This document shows, piece after piece, positions 10,123-20,476 of a stretch of DNA of 64,000 nt. The position numbers were made by a program, and so were the translations under genes. The notes beneath the pieces were generated by a model that was not told where the DNA came from, did no database searches, and saw only the letters and a program-made list of their open reading frames with translations. Origin of the DNA: Candidatus Latescibacterota bacterium. GTDB lineage: Bacteria > Latescibacterota > UBA2968 > GCA-2709665. Location of the stretch: positions 1,152,001 through 1,216,000 of the forward strand of contig OZ241917.1 of NCBI GenBank assembly GCA_965203805.1. Direction: 5' to 3'. How positions within the stretch are numbered: position 1 is the first letter of the stretch; each line of letters starts with the position of its first letter.

Positions 10123-11421
10123 GTGCCGCTCGGCAGACACATTCTGGTGGAGCTCTACGGGTCTCCCTCATCCGTACTGGACGACGTCAACCGCATCGAA
10201 GCGTGCATGGTTCGCGCGGCGAACGCGGCGAACGCGACCGTCATCAATACTTCCTTCCACCATTTCTCGCCCTACGGCGTCTCCGGCGTGGTCGTCATCC
10301 ACGAGAGTCACCTCTCCATCCACACCTGGCCAGAGCACGGTTTCGCCGCCGTCGACCTGTTCACCTGTGGCGACACCATCGATCCGTGGGCTGCGTACGA
10401 AGTGCTGAAATCGGACCTGGAAGCCAATCACGGCACGACCCGTGAAATCGACCGGGGACAACGCATTGCGCCGGCTCAAACCGGCGCCGCGCCGGCGCCG
10501 GCAACACTTGATGCGACACCGGCATACGTTCGCAATCTCTGGTTTACCAGGCGAGAAGAACAGATCGCCCTTTCCCTCAGGCACGCGGGCGTGATCTTCC
10601 AGCACCGGTCGAGGCACCAGAAGATCGAAGTCCTCGACAGCTACGGGTACGGCAGAGTGCTGGTCATCGACGGGGCGATCGTCTGTACCGAGCAGGACGA
10701 GCACATCTACCACGAGATGATCGTGCACGTCGCCATGCAGACCCGCCCCCAGGCCCGCCGAGCCCTGGTCATCGGGGGCGGCGACGGCGGCGCCGTCCGG
10801 GAACTGATGCGTTACAAGCGCATCGGGGAGGTCGTTGCCGTCGAACTCGACGCCGCCGTTGTCAGCGCCTGCAGACAGCACTTCCCCGACCTCGCGCCCG
10901 CATTTGAAGATCCCAGGTTCTCGCTGCAGATTGCGGACGGATTCGACTTCGTACAAACCTGTCGCGACGGATCCTTCGATCTCGCGATCGTCGACGTCGC
11001 GAACCCCTCCGGCGGATCCCCGCGCCTCTTTTCGGAACCGTTTTACCGTCGGGTACGGGAATGCCTTCGTCCCGGCGGCGTCATGGTTGCGCAGACCGAA
11101 CCGCCGGCTCTGAACAGCCGGACGTTCGCGGCGATATACACACGCCAGGAAACGGTCTTCGGTCCTGGAAACGTACATTGCTACCTCGCCTGCATTCCAA
11201 CCTATACGACCGGGCTGGTCAGCTTTTCCTATGCCGCGAAGGAGCCGTCGGACCCTGCCGGAGACTTCAATCCGGCAAAGGCCCGAGGCTTCTCGGAAAC
11301 CCACGGCCTGCAATACTACAATGACGAAATTCACCGCGCGGCCTTTGTACTCCCCCCTTTCGTGAGACGTCTTCTGAAAGTCGAACCCCCGAAGCCGGCG
11401 TCTTTTGAAGGCGTCAGGTAG
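10123..11421 (+). CDS. speD-speE: Fused S-adenosylmethionine decarboxylase / polyamine aminopropyltransferase (SpeD-SpeE)
   Basis: N-terminal [10 protein letters not shown]...[20 protein letters not shown] (ES cleavage site); C-terminal [20 protein letters not shown]. Confidence 0.92.
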   Translation: MPLGRHILVELYGSPSSVLDDVNRIEACMVRAANAANATVINTSFHHFSPYGVSGVVVIHESHLSIHTWPEHGFAAVDLFTCGDTIDPWAAYEVLKSDLEANHGTTREIDRGQRIAPAQTGAAPAPATLDATPAYVRNLWFTRREEQIALSLRHAGVIFQHRSRHQKIEVLDSYGYGRVLVIDGAIVCTEQDEHIYHEMIVHVAMQTRPQARRALVIGGGDGGAVRELMRYKRIGEVVAVELDAAVVSACRQHFPDLAPAFEDPRFSLQIADGFDFVQTCRDGSFDLAIVDVANPSGGSPRLFSEPFYRRVRECLRPGGVMVAQTEPPALNSRTFAAIYTRQETVFGPGNVHCYLACIPTYTTGLVSFSYAAKEPSDPAGDFNPAKARGFSETHGLQYYNDEIHRAAFVLPPFVRRLLKVEPPKPASFEGVR

Positions 11422-11725
11422 GTAACGCGTGGTATCATGGGATTGCTGCCCGGCCTGCGCGGAACTGTTGGGGGTTACAGCCCTGGCCCCGACCGGCGCT
11501 TTGTTTCGTTTCCTGTTGACAACGACTCCGGCCCGGCGTAGCTTCAGCGACGACCGCCACAGGGATTTGCGAACGTCAATGGTTCAGACTGCCGTGTTTT
11601 CCGCGCGAACGCGCGCCTGAACCGTATCCCGATGTCGAAATTCTCCCCGAGCGGTTTGCCCCGGGGAGAATTTCGTATATTCTACGGAAACATCCGGCGA
11701 ATTGAGACGCGCAGGAGAGAGTCCC

Positions 11726-12457
11726 GTGCCGAGGTCACACACGGTCGATACCCTGAGCAGGGACCTGAAGCACCTCGGACTCGAGTCGGGCGATACCGTT
11801 TTCATTCACGCATCGTTCAAGAGCCTGGGGCTGGTCGATGGCGGCGCGCTCACGGTCGTGCGCGCCCTGGAGAATGCGACGAATCCCGGGGGCCTTATCC
11901 TGATGCCCTCGTTCAACCTCCTGGCGAACACCCGGTTGCGGGCCGAAGCGTGGGACCCGGATACGACCCCATCCACGGTGGGCTGGCTCACCGAATTCTT
12001 CCGCACCATGCCCGGTACGTTTCGCTCGGACCATTATTCCCATTCCGTTGCCGCACGCGGCAGGAACGCCCGGACGTTCGTTGCCGGCCATCGCGACAGA
12101 ACCGGCCGCTCTTCGCCCTGGGACCGCGATCCGTGGGGCAAGACATACGGCAACAATTCTCCGATGGTCAGGGCCTATGGGGCCGGCGGCAAACTGCTCA
12201 TGCTGGGCGTTACCTATGAAACGTCAACCTATATTCACCTTGTGGAAGTCATCTGCTGGCACCGGCGCCGCGAAATCGAGCCGGATGCCGGATACGGCAG
12301 GATCGACCGCCCGGCGCTGGGGGCATACTGGGAGGGCAACGGCGCGCTGAACCTGGGGCGGGTGGGCGATGCCCGGTGCCGGCTTTTCCCCATCCGGACC
12401 TACGTCGATGCGCTTGTCCAGGAGGTCGAACGCCGGCCGGAGGCCTATCTCAGATAG
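11726..12457 (+). CDS. AAC(3)/YokD-family N-acetyltransferase
   Basis: LGLESGDTVFIHASFKSLG, MPSF, RSDHYSHSVAARG, LGV...TYIHLVE; AGGAG before GTG 11726. Confidence 0.85.
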   Translation: MPRSHTVDTLSRDLKHLGLESGDTVFIHASFKSLGLVDGGALTVVRALENATNPGGLILMPSFNLLANTRLRAEAWDPDTTPSTVGWLTEFFRTMPGTFRSDHYSHSVAARGRNARTFVAGHRDRTGRSSPWDRDPWGKTYGNNSPMVRAYGAGGKLLMLGVTYETSTYIHLVEVICWHRRREIEPDAGYGRIDRPALGAYWEGNGALNLGRVGDARCRLFPIRTYVDALVQEVERRPEAYLR

Positions 12458-12501
12458 GCTGTTTTCGCCGGTCGACTCGCCGACCGCCGCTTTTGCACCC
12501 G

Positions 12502-12528
12502 CCTGCCTTGCCTGCGGCAGCAGGCAGG
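12502..12528. repeat. CCTGCCT...AGGCAGG palindromic element (variant, intergenic)
   Basis: CCTGCCTTGCCTGCGGCAGCAGGCAGG has the same terminal arms as the two palindromes inside the IS1380 transposase. Confidence 0.55.
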
Positions 12529-12575
12529 CGCGAATACCACTGGGGATTCTAAACCAGCTTCTGAAGGAGATTGCC

Positions 12576-12824
12576 ATGACAACGGAACAGGCCGCGGCGC
12601 TGAAAGACGCCCTCGAATCCATGATGGACGCGATCGGGAAGAAGGAGCCGATCACGGAACACCTGCTTCGCCTGACCGCACTCCAGCGGACGCTCGCGTC
12701 CGTCTCATCCCCGCAGCTGAATCACTTCCTGCAGAACAGAAGTTATACCAAGGCGCTGGAATACCTCCGGAACGGAGTCGTCATCGAGGACCCGCGCCGA
12801 CCCGACTGTGACGACGACGCATAG
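12576..12824 (+). CDS. Small helical hypothetical protein (82 aa)
   Basis: AAGGAG RBS before ATG; motif PQLNHFLQNRSYTKALEYL. Confidence 0.7.
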   Translation: MTTEQAAALKDALESMMDAIGKKEPITEHLLRLTALQRTLASVSSPQLNHFLQNRSYTKALEYLRNGVVIEDPRRPDCDDDA

Positions 12825-12876
12825 TCGCGCCCTGCCCGATCGATCCAGACGACCACGCACGCAGAGAGGGTTCACC

Positions 12877-13644
12877 ATGATCAAAACCATCCGACAACGC
12901 GCGCTTGACCGCGACCTGGTCGCCGGGACGTTCCTGAATCTGGGTTCGCCGGTAACGGCCGAAATCGCCGGGAAGAGCGGACTCGACTGGATCCTGATCG
13001 ACATCGAACACGGCGCGTCGGACCTGGAAACGCTGCGAGTCCAGCTTCAGGTCGTCTCCGGCACGCCCGCCGTGCCCATCGTCCGCATTGCCGCCAACGA
13101 ACCCCCGCGTTTCAAGCGCGTGCTGGATATGGGCGCATCGGGAGTGATGGTGCCTTACGTGAGCACGGTGGCCGAGGCCGAGCAGGCGGTGGCCTCGACC
13201 CGCTATCCCCCGCGCGGCATTCGGGGTGTGGCCAAGTTGAACCGGGGCAGCGAGTTCGGCCGCGATTTCGATAATTATTTCGAATCCTCCCACGAGTTCC
13301 TCACGACCGTCGTTCAGATCGAAACCCCGGAAGCCGTGGACGCCATCGACGATATCGCGGCGGTAGACGGCGTGGACGTTCTGTTCATCGGCCCGCTCGA
13401 CCTCAGCGTCAACCTGGGAATTCCGCAGCAATTCGACCATCCCAGGTTTCTGGATGCCAGGGCCAGGGTCTCCGAAGCTGCAAGGCGAGCGGGCAAAGCC
13501 GCGGGTATCCTGCTGCTGGACCCCGGTCACCTCGACGCCGCGGTGCGCGACGGATTCACTTTTGTCGCGCTCGGATCCGACGGCGGCCTTGTCGCGGCCG
13601 GCATGCAGAACATCGCGGCCGCATTCGATCCTCACAGGGGGTAG
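12877..13644 (+). CDS. HpcH/HpaI family class II aldolase
   Basis: DWILIDIEHG, RYPPRGIRG, VQIET, DVLFIGPLDLS. Confidence 0.92.
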   Translation: MIKTIRQRALDRDLVAGTFLNLGSPVTAEIAGKSGLDWILIDIEHGASDLETLRVQLQVVSGTPAVPIVRIAANEPPRFKRVLDMGASGVMVPYVSTVAEAEQAVASTRYPPRGIRGVAKLNRGSEFGRDFDNYFESSHEFLTTVVQIETPEAVDAIDDIAAVDGVDVLFIGPLDLSVNLGIPQQFDHPRFLDARARVSEAARRAGKAAGILLLDPGHLDAAVRDGFTFVALGSDGGLVAAGMQNIAAAFDPHRG

Positions 13645-13701
13645 CGACACGCCGCGGCGGCCGGAAGTTGGACGACGGGCGAAGGCGACGGGAAACCAAC
13701 G

Positions 13702-14652
13702 ATGAGCGAATGCCGCACATTGAGGGAATCGATGAACGCGCGAGGGGTTTTCGTCTTTGTCATGACCCCGATGAAGACGGCCCTCAACCGCCAGGGCGAC
13801 TACCGGATCGATACGGCTGGCCTGGAGAAAAACACGCGTTATTTCGCAGGAGTCAAGGGCCGGAAGACCCTGGTAATCTGTGGCGGTTCGGGGGAATTCT
13901 ACGCCCTGTCGCCATCGGAGGTCAGAGACCTGGCCGCGGCGGCTGTTGCGGGCGCCCGGGGGAAGTGCGCAATCGTGTGCGGCATCGGCGGAAGCACCGG
14001 AACCGCCGTAAAGATGGCGGGGAATGCCCAGGAGGCGGGCTGCGACGCCCTGCTTGTAATGCCGCACGACCCGATCGTCGCCCGCGGAGAGGGGGCGATC
14101 TGGCGGCATCATGGCGCAATCTCCAAAGCCGCGGACGTCGGCATGATCCCCTTTCGCGCCCCGCGGCAACTCCTATCGATCGATCTGGTAGAGCGGTTTT
14201 CCGGGATGGAAAGGGTCGTGGCCATCAAGGAGGAGAGCAACGCGGTGGACTGGGTGCGTACCGGCTGCAGGGTTGTGGGCAACCGCGTACCCATCATCAC
14301 AGGGGGCGGCGAGAATATGGCGCCCTACTACTATCTCGCGGGCGCCCGGGGGTTCACGACGGGGATGGCCAACCTTACGCTGCCGATGTCCATCGCGATG
14401 CACAACGCCTGCATTCGACGCCGCTGGAACGCCGCGATGGATCTTCGCGACACCTTCGAGCCGCTGACTTCCCTGAGGGGCGAACTCGGAACGCCCATGC
14501 TCAAGGCGGGGTTGGAAATGATGGGCCTGGCCGGCGGGCCGATGCGGGTCGCGCCGGAATCGCAATCGACCGGCGTCCCGTCCGGCGACGTATTGACGGC
14601 GAAAGACCGCGCCAGGGTACGACGCCTGCTCAAAAAAAAGGGCGTGCTGTAA
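13702..14652 (+). CDS. Dihydrodipicolinate synthase family lyase (5-dehydro-4-deoxyglucarate dehydratase-like)
   Basis: GGSGEFYALS, GCDALLVMP, Schiff-base Lys in VAIKE. Confidence 0.85.
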   Translation: MSECRTLRESMNARGVFVFVMTPMKTALNRQGDYRIDTAGLEKNTRYFAGVKGRKTLVICGGSGEFYALSPSEVRDLAAAAVAGARGKCAIVCGIGGSTGTAVKMAGNAQEAGCDALLVMPHDPIVARGEGAIWRHHGAISKAADVGMIPFRAPRQLLSIDLVERFSGMERVVAIKEESNAVDWVRTGCRVVGNRVPIITGGGENMAPYYYLAGARGFTTGMANLTLPMSIAMHNACIRRRWNAAMDLRDTFEPLTSLRGELGTPMLKAGLEMMGLAGGPMRVAPESQSTGVPSGDVLTAKDRARVRRLLKKKGVL

Positions 14653-14732
14653 GCTGCACACTCCGGCACGACGCCCTTGCGCCACTGAGGGTTGAACATC
14701 CCGCGCTTGCCGCGTCCGTCAACCGCCGGGCA

Positions 14733-16004
14733 TCACCCGGACCGCGGTACGGACATCGTCAGATTGCCTTCCCCGTCGAAGTTCATTGCTTCCGGTTCAC
14801 CTGAGATTTCCACCTCCGCCAACGCCGAGAGTTCGGGAAGAAGAGACTCGGACGCCCGGAGATGCTCCAATTCCAGCGTCGAACGTATCCGCATTACCCT
14901 CGCGTCCGGGTTACCGCCGTTGCCGGACGCGGCAAGCGCGATCTCAATCGCCTCCCTGTCGTTTCCGCCCACGATGGGTATGTACGCGCGATTCAGGAAC
15001 GTGCTGGTCATCGCGTTGGCATACGTCGCCTTGAAATCGATACTGTCGACAAGCCGGCGCGTGGTCACGTCGGCCAGCCCGATTCCATTGGCGTTGCCGT
15101 GCGTTTCGGGTGTCAGGTCCAGCACGACGATGCGTCCGATACGCGGTGTATCCGGCTCCTCGATCCCCGCCAGCCATATCCGTCCGATGATGTTGGGGTC
15201 CATTCCCGTACCGCTGATGTTCTTGCCGATCCGGTCCACGATCAGGACGTCGATCCGTTCGACGGGCAACCGGGGCATCAATTCCCGGGCCTCGTCCAGC
15301 AGTCGCGGCTCAACCGCCGCCAGTTCGTCCGCCGCCACGGCAACCACTCTAGCGGTTTTCTCGTAAGCGTTTTCAAGGATCGCCACCCCCAGGGCAATGG
15401 GCGCTTCCCGCAGGATCATCCGACCCCACGCCGGAATCATCCGCGGCAGGCCGGCCGCGCCCATCGAATGCGCCAGCGCGGCGCCCCGGTGCGACCCCAG
15501 CCCGATCGTCATCATCTTCATCAATCCGCTTTCGAACGGACCGCGAAACGACGTGTGCGGCTTGATCCGGTTCACCAGCACGACGGCGTCGGCCTCTCTC
15601 GCCATTCGGTTCAGGACAACCGGAATGCCGTCATCCGTTTCCCCGACCTGTACCACGTCCATCGTGGCTTTGACGGGCGCTCCCATCGTGCATTCGTCGA
15701 TGCCGTACGAGGCGAGGATCTCCTTCTGCCCGTCGGCCGTGGCCCCGCCGTGACTGCCCATCGCCGCGAGTACGAACGGCATGCCCCCCAGTTCCCGGAC
15801 GCAGTCCACGATGGCCCGGGTCAGCGGCGCGATCCCGTGAATGCCCCGGCTGCCGGCGGTAATCGCGACCCGGTCGCCCGCGGAAATGCGTTCGCCCAGC
15901 GACGAGTTCATGACGCAACTTCGGGTCTGCGCGACGGGGTCCGGCAGGCTCGCCGCGGCGAATCTCTGCCGCAATGGAGACATCCTGGGGAATTCCATCT
16001 CCAT
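14733..16004 (-). CDS. LarA/lactate racemase domain-containing protein (DUF2088-like)
   Basis: VAITAGSRGI, AMGSHGGAT, NRIKPHT, GKNISGTGMD. Confidence 0.8.
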   Translation of the reverse strand: MEMEFPRMSPLRQRFAAASLPDPVAQTRSCVMNSSLGERISAGDRVAITAGSRGIHGIAPLTRAIVDCVRELGGMPFVLAAMGSHGGATADGQKEILASYGIDECTMGAPVKATMDVVQVGETDDGIPVVLNRMAREADAVVLVNRIKPHTSFRGPFESGLMKMMTIGLGSHRGAALAHSMGAAGLPRMIPAWGRMILREAPIALGVAILENAYEKTARVVAVAADELAAVEPRLLDEARELMPRLPVERIDVLIVDRIGKNISGTGMDPNIIGRIWLAGIEEPDTPRIGRIVVLDLTPETHGNANGIGLADVTTRRLVDSIDFKATYANAMTSTFLNRAYIPIVGGNDREAIEIALAASGNGGNPDARVMRIRSTLELEHLRASESLLPELSALAEVEISGEPEAMNFDGEGNLTMSVPRSG

Positions 16005-16080
16005 CCTTCCTGGTCAGGTCGAGGGCTTCGAGCGGCAGATCCGGGAGGGTCGCAATCGATCGGAGAGGACTCCGAGCGGC

Positions 16081-16929
16081 CTACGAAATCCGGAACACCT
16101 TTGCCGCATTTTTCGCCGTGATGCGTTCAAAGGCATCCTTTGAGAGACCGGCTTCCCGGATATAGCCCAGCATCGGCGGCGTGCCCACAATCGAACACGC
16201 CGGCGACGGCCGCGTATGAATGGTGTCCGTGGCGAACATCAACCGATGCTTCCATCGCTTCAGGAATTTCAGCCCGAATGCCGGATCTCGTGTGATGGCG
16301 TTGTAGCCCGATTGCGCCGAAAGGTCCGCATACAAATTCGGGTAATTCCGAAACAATGTATCCAGACGCCCTCCGGGCGTCACCGGCCCCTCCGGATAGC
16401 GCTCGCCTTCACCGATCTCCGCGGAGATCTCCCGCCAGAAATATTGCGCGTGGCCCACCCACTTCACGTTTCCGTAGGTCTTCAACATCCGCTCAAAACC
16501 GGGCAACCCGGTTTCGTCCCGGTTGATCCAGTGGTCGATGTGCATCACGATTGCCAGGCCCAGCCGGTCGCATGCCTCGTACACGCGCTGCTGCATCGGG
16601 TCGTCCACCGGCAACCCGCACAGATTCTCCCCGTATCCCACGCAACCCTGGTCCATATAGTGTTCGAGGATCGGGTACGGATTGAAACTCCCCGGGTACC
16701 TGTGTCTCGGATCCACGGCGCACAACGGAAGCAGCCGGTCCCGGTGCGGCCGGGTCAGCTTCAGCAACTCCTTCGTTGTCAGGTAAAAGTCAAGCTCTTC
16801 CGGCACTTCCACCGCCATCACGATCCCCTTTTCGATCCCGTGGCGGTCCATCCAGCGCAAGAGTTTACCCGGGGTCAGGCCGGGGTCTTCCAGAACGAGT
16901 TGTCCAAGATGCAAATGCGTGTCGATCAT
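16081..16929 (-). CDS. Amidohydrolase family protein (paralog 2)
   Basis: IDTHLH, GYGE, H...H, LYADLSA, LMFATD. Confidence 0.88.
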   Translation of the reverse strand: MIDTHLHLGQLVLEDPGLTPGKLLRWMDRHGIEKGIVMAVEVPEELDFYLTTKELLKLTRPHRDRLLPLCAVDPRHRYPGSFNPYPILEHYMDQGCVGYGENLCGLPVDDPMQQRVYEACDRLGLAIVMHIDHWINRDETGLPGFERMLKTYGNVKWVGHAQYFWREISAEIGEGERYPEGPVTPGGRLDTLFRNYPNLYADLSAQSGYNAITRDPAFGLKFLKRWKHRLMFATDTIHTRPSPACSIVGTPPMLGYIREAGLSKDAFERITAKNAAKVFRIS

Positions 16930-16962
16930 TGTCTGTTCTCTCGTGTGGGCCGAAGGGTCCAA

Positions 16963-17784
16963 TCAGAGCCTGAACACCTTTTCGGCATTCTTCCGCGTGA
17001 TGCGATCAAAGGCGTCTTTCGACAGCGGCGCATTCTTGATGTACTCGACAATCGGCGTTTCCTGTCCCACCCTGAGATAGTCGGTGGCGAACATCAGCCG
17101 ATGTTTCCATCGCTTCAGGAATTGCAGGCCGAACTCCGGGTCCCGCGTTATCGCCCCGTATCCGGACCCCGCGGAAAGGTCCGCGTACAGATTCCGGTAC
17201 TCTCGAAACAGCGCGTCGACCCTGCCGCCCGGGGCCACTTTCCCACGGGGATAACCCACTCCCCCTTCCACGTTTCCCGATATCTCGCGCCAGAAATGGG
17301 GTGAATGACCTATGAATTTCACGTTTCGGTACGTCTTCAGCATGTTCTCAAACCCGGTGAGGCCCGGTTTGTCCCGGTTGATCCAGGAGTCGAAATGCAT
17401 GACGATGGCAATATTCAGCCGGTCGCACGCCTCGTAGACCCGTTGCTGCATCGGATCGTCCACCGGCAATCCGCACAGATTCTCCCCGTACCCGACACAT
17501 CCCTGGTCCATGTACCCGGCAATGATGGGGTAGGGCTCGAACCGCCCCGGATACCGGTGACGGGGATCCACGGCGCAAAGCGGCTTCAGCCGGTCGCGAT
17601 GGCGGCGCGTCATTCTGAGCAGTTCCTTCGTTGTTACGAAGAAATCCAGTTCCTCCGGCACTTCCACCGCCATCACCACCGCTTTTTCAATGCCCTGCCG
17701 GTCCATCCATCGGAGCAGTTTGGAGGGCGTCAATCCCGGGTTGTCGAACAGGAGTTGCCCCAGGTGAACGTGTGTGTCGATCAT
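16963..17784 (-). CDS. Amidohydrolase family protein (paralog 1)
   Basis: IDTHVH, LYADLSAGSG, LMFATDY; highly similar to the adjacent paralog. Confidence 0.88.
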   Translation of the reverse strand: MIDTHVHLGQLLFDNPGLTPSKLLRWMDRQGIEKAVVMAVEVPEELDFFVTTKELLRMTRRHRDRLKPLCAVDPRHRYPGRFEPYPIIAGYMDQGCVGYGENLCGLPVDDPMQQRVYEACDRLNIAIVMHFDSWINRDKPGLTGFENMLKTYRNVKFIGHSPHFWREISGNVEGGVGYPRGKVAPGGRVDALFREYRNLYADLSAGSGYGAITRDPEFGLQFLKRWKHRLMFATDYLRVGQETPIVEYIKNAPLSKDAFDRITRKNAEKVFRL

Positions 17785-17859
17785 TTCCGTCGCTCCATCT
17801 GAAAGCGTTTGACTGTTAACCCTGCGGCTCGATCTCGCGTTTGCGGATCCGCCACCGGT

Positions 17860-19008
17860 TTACCCGTCTTTCGGACCCTTCCGAAGTGTGTCCATGATGA
17901 GCAGCGCAATCGACTGCACGGTCTCGTCGAGGTCCGAATTCTCGAATGCCGGCACGCCGGATCCGTCGCCAACGTCCAGAATGTGCTGTTGGATTTTCAT
18001 GATCTGTTCCAGGTATTTGACGTACCGGTGCCGCGTGCGACGGAAGGCGCCCTTTCCCCGACTCTCAAACCGATCTGTAAATTGTTGCAAATCAGTTAGA
18101 TATAGATTTACATGAATGAATAGCGCCTTTTTGGCGTATTCTTCCAGTTCAAGCAGGCCCGGCATCAGATGAACGCCGTCCACGATCAGGCTGGCATTTT
18201 CGTCGATCGCCCGTTCGATGGTCGCCCTCACCCCCACGCAGACGCGGGCCGCCTGTTCGCGAAAGCCGTAGATGACGGGATCGGGCGCCTCGACGGTGGG
18301 TGCGGGGATCACCTCCCACGCCGCGTATGACGATACCTGGAGCGCGGGCATGAGATCGGACGCGATCATCAATCGCATCACCTGCCGGATCTCGTCGGTC
18401 GACGCCACCCGCGACACCCGCAGCAGATTGGCCAGCGCCACGCCGACCGTTGTCTTGCCGACGCCCGTCGCGCCGCCGATCAGGACGATCAGGGGTGTTG
18501 TCGGCCCGCCCTTGCGAAACTGGTTCCAGATGCCGTACCGCTCCGCAAACGCGTCACCGGAGTCGCTTCGGAGCATCTTCAGCGTCGCCTTCAAAATGTC
18601 GTCGCGGGTAACCACCGTCCGGTCGTTCTGGATGAAGTCGCCCTCGATTCGTTCGGCGATCCGGTAGGCCTGGCTCTCGTCCACGCCGGTGATGGCCAGA
18701 GAGTCGGAGAGATGGTCTTTCGAAAACGGCCGGGTGCCCAGGTGGTCCTCGACCAGGATCTGCCGCGACCGCGGCGCCCAGAAAACGCCGTCTCCCACGG
18801 TACGATCGGCGAAGAGCTCGCGGGCGTGGGTATGGACCAGGTCGATCATCTTGCCGGCGGACACCTTTTTCTGCTTCTGAATGGAACTCCTGACCCGGTC
18901 CGCGACCTGGTACGCCTCTCTGAACGAGAATCCCTGCTCCAGCAGATAGTGCGTGAGCATTCCTCTCAGGAACGGAATGCGCCGCCCGCTATCCACGATG
19001 ATGGCCAC
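17860..19008 (-). CDS. 2-phosphoglycerate kinase-like protein (ATP-cone domains + P-loop kinase)
   Basis: Two PF(L/S)xxxL..L ATP-cone-like repeats; IGGATGVGKTT, STDEIRQVMR, L..SSY.AW, IVDGVHLMPG. Confidence 0.8.
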   Translation of the reverse strand: MAIIVDSGRRIPFLRGMLTHYLLEQGFSFREAYQVADRVRSSIQKQKKVSAGKMIDLVHTHARELFADRTVGDGVFWAPRSRQILVEDHLGTRPFSKDHLSDSLAITGVDESQAYRIAERIEGDFIQNDRTVVTRDDILKATLKMLRSDSGDAFAERYGIWNQFRKGGPTTPLIVLIGGATGVGKTTVGVALANLLRVSRVASTDEIRQVMRLMIASDLMPALQVSSYAAWEVIPAPTVEAPDPVIYGFREQAARVCVGVRATIERAIDENASLIVDGVHLMPGLLELEEYAKKALFIHVNLYLTDLQQFTDRFESRGKGAFRRTRHRYVKYLEQIMKIQQHILDVGDGSGVPAFENSDLDETVQSIALLIMDTLRKGPKDG

Positions 19009-19193
19009 GATTGCCCCCTGAGACGACGCGGTGAGGACCTGCGTTCTGACTGAAATGAGACAGCGCCGCCGCGAAGAACGACCCTGCTGGAATTAGGCCG
19101 GCCGGCCAACGGATGTCAACCGAAAACGCACGCGACCGGCGTTGGACTTCGCAGGCTCGAACGCTCGTGCGGCGGGTCCGTCTGCAGGAATGA

Positions 19194-20333
19194 TCACCCC
19201 TTGAAAGGGATGAGATCCAGCGGATACTCAGACAGCGTTTCCACGCCCGCGGGCGTGATCGCGAACGTGTTTTCAAGGCGGATTCCAGTGCGAAGGTCGT
19301 CGCTGTACGCCCCGGGTTCGCAGGAAAAAACGTCTCCGACTTCAAAGACCGCGTCCCGGTCCCGATTGATGTCCGGCGCCTCGTGGGGCCGCAGCCCCAC
19401 GCCGTGGCCGCCGTGGTGGATCAATCCCGTGTCCGCCAGGTGCGGGTGTTCGCGAATGCGCGCGTCGATGGTCTTCCATAGTGCCGTTGCGCTTTTCCCC
19501 GGCCCCACCAGGCCCGGAATGTCGTTCAGAATTCCCGCGAGGTGCACATACACGGACATCTGCAGGTCCGTTGGCTGCCCGCACACGGCAAAGGTGCGCG
19601 CGAGGTCCGACCAGTACCCTCGATAGGTGGACTGCGCGTCAATGATGTAGAGTTCGCCCGCCTCAATCCTTCGATCTCTTGCCGTCCCGCCGATGACGCC
19701 CGCCTGATAGTCGCCCCCGTGGTACACCACCTCCCCCGCTGCTCCCATGGCCGCCTGCTGCGCCTCCGCCAGCACGTCCAGTTCGTTCACGCCGGGTTCC
19801 ATCACTTCCTGCGCGCGCGTATAGGCGGCCAGATCGACCTGGATGCTCTTTCGCAGCAGCGCCAGTTCGTCGGCATCCTTCCGTTTGTGCATTTCCGCGA
19901 GCAGGTCGTCAATGGGCGTCCAGATATCCGGCGAAAGCCGGGCGTCCACCGTTTCCGCCAGCAGCCGTTCCAGGCCCTCCTCCTGCCAGCCCACGCGGGA
20001 AACCGGCCTCGCGCCGCTCAGTCGGGCCGCCACCGCACCGTTCAGCAGCCGGAGGGGGTCGGGATTCATGGTACTCATCACGTGCCATTCGTAGGTGATC
20101 CGGTCGTCCACCAGCGCCTCGCCCTCCACCGTATGTGCCGCCAGCCACGAACCGCCGTGCGTCTCGAAGAAAAGGAACGCCGGGAAGGTAAACGCCGGGA
20201 ATGCCGACAACAGCAGGCCCGTCAGATAGTAGATTTCAACGGGGTCGGTAAGCACGACCGCGTCGATTCCCTCCGCATCGAGCTTCGCGCGCAGCCTGTG
20301 CTGCCGGTCCCTGCAGCCTTCGGGTGTCAACAT
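19194..20333 (-). CDS. Xaa-Pro peptidase family (M24) protein
   Basis: GYWSDLART, HHGGHGVGL..HE.P, EPG.Y, GIRLENT. Confidence 0.9.
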   Translation of the reverse strand: MLTPEGCRDRQHRLRAKLDAEGIDAVVLTDPVEIYYLTGLLLSAFPAFTFPAFLFFETHGGSWLAAHTVEGEALVDDRITYEWHVMSTMNPDPLRLLNGAVAARLSGARPVSRVGWQEEGLERLLAETVDARLSPDIWTPIDDLLAEMHKRKDADELALLRKSIQVDLAAYTRAQEVMEPGVNELDVLAEAQQAAMGAAGEVVYHGGDYQAGVIGGTARDRRIEAGELYIIDAQSTYRGYWSDLARTFAVCGQPTDLQMSVYVHLAGILNDIPGLVGPGKSATALWKTIDARIREHPHLADTGLIHHGGHGVGLRPHEAPDINRDRDAVFEVGDVFSCEPGAYSDDLRTGIRLENTFAITPAGVETLSEYPLDLIPFKG

Positions 20334-20476
20334 CGAAAAGACTCCTTTCACAAGCCGGACGGTTTCTCTGTTCAGAAATCGGATTCCGTCGTATGATAAC
20401 AGCGACGCAGGCGGCCAGTCAAGCGAATTGGCGGCCACATAAACAAAACCAGGTACGAAACACTGAAAGGAACGCT

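Noticed and set aside
11726-12457. Aminoglycoside resistance gene
   Set aside because: The AAC(3)/YokD fold is widespread, there is no mobile context, and resistance cannot be inferred.
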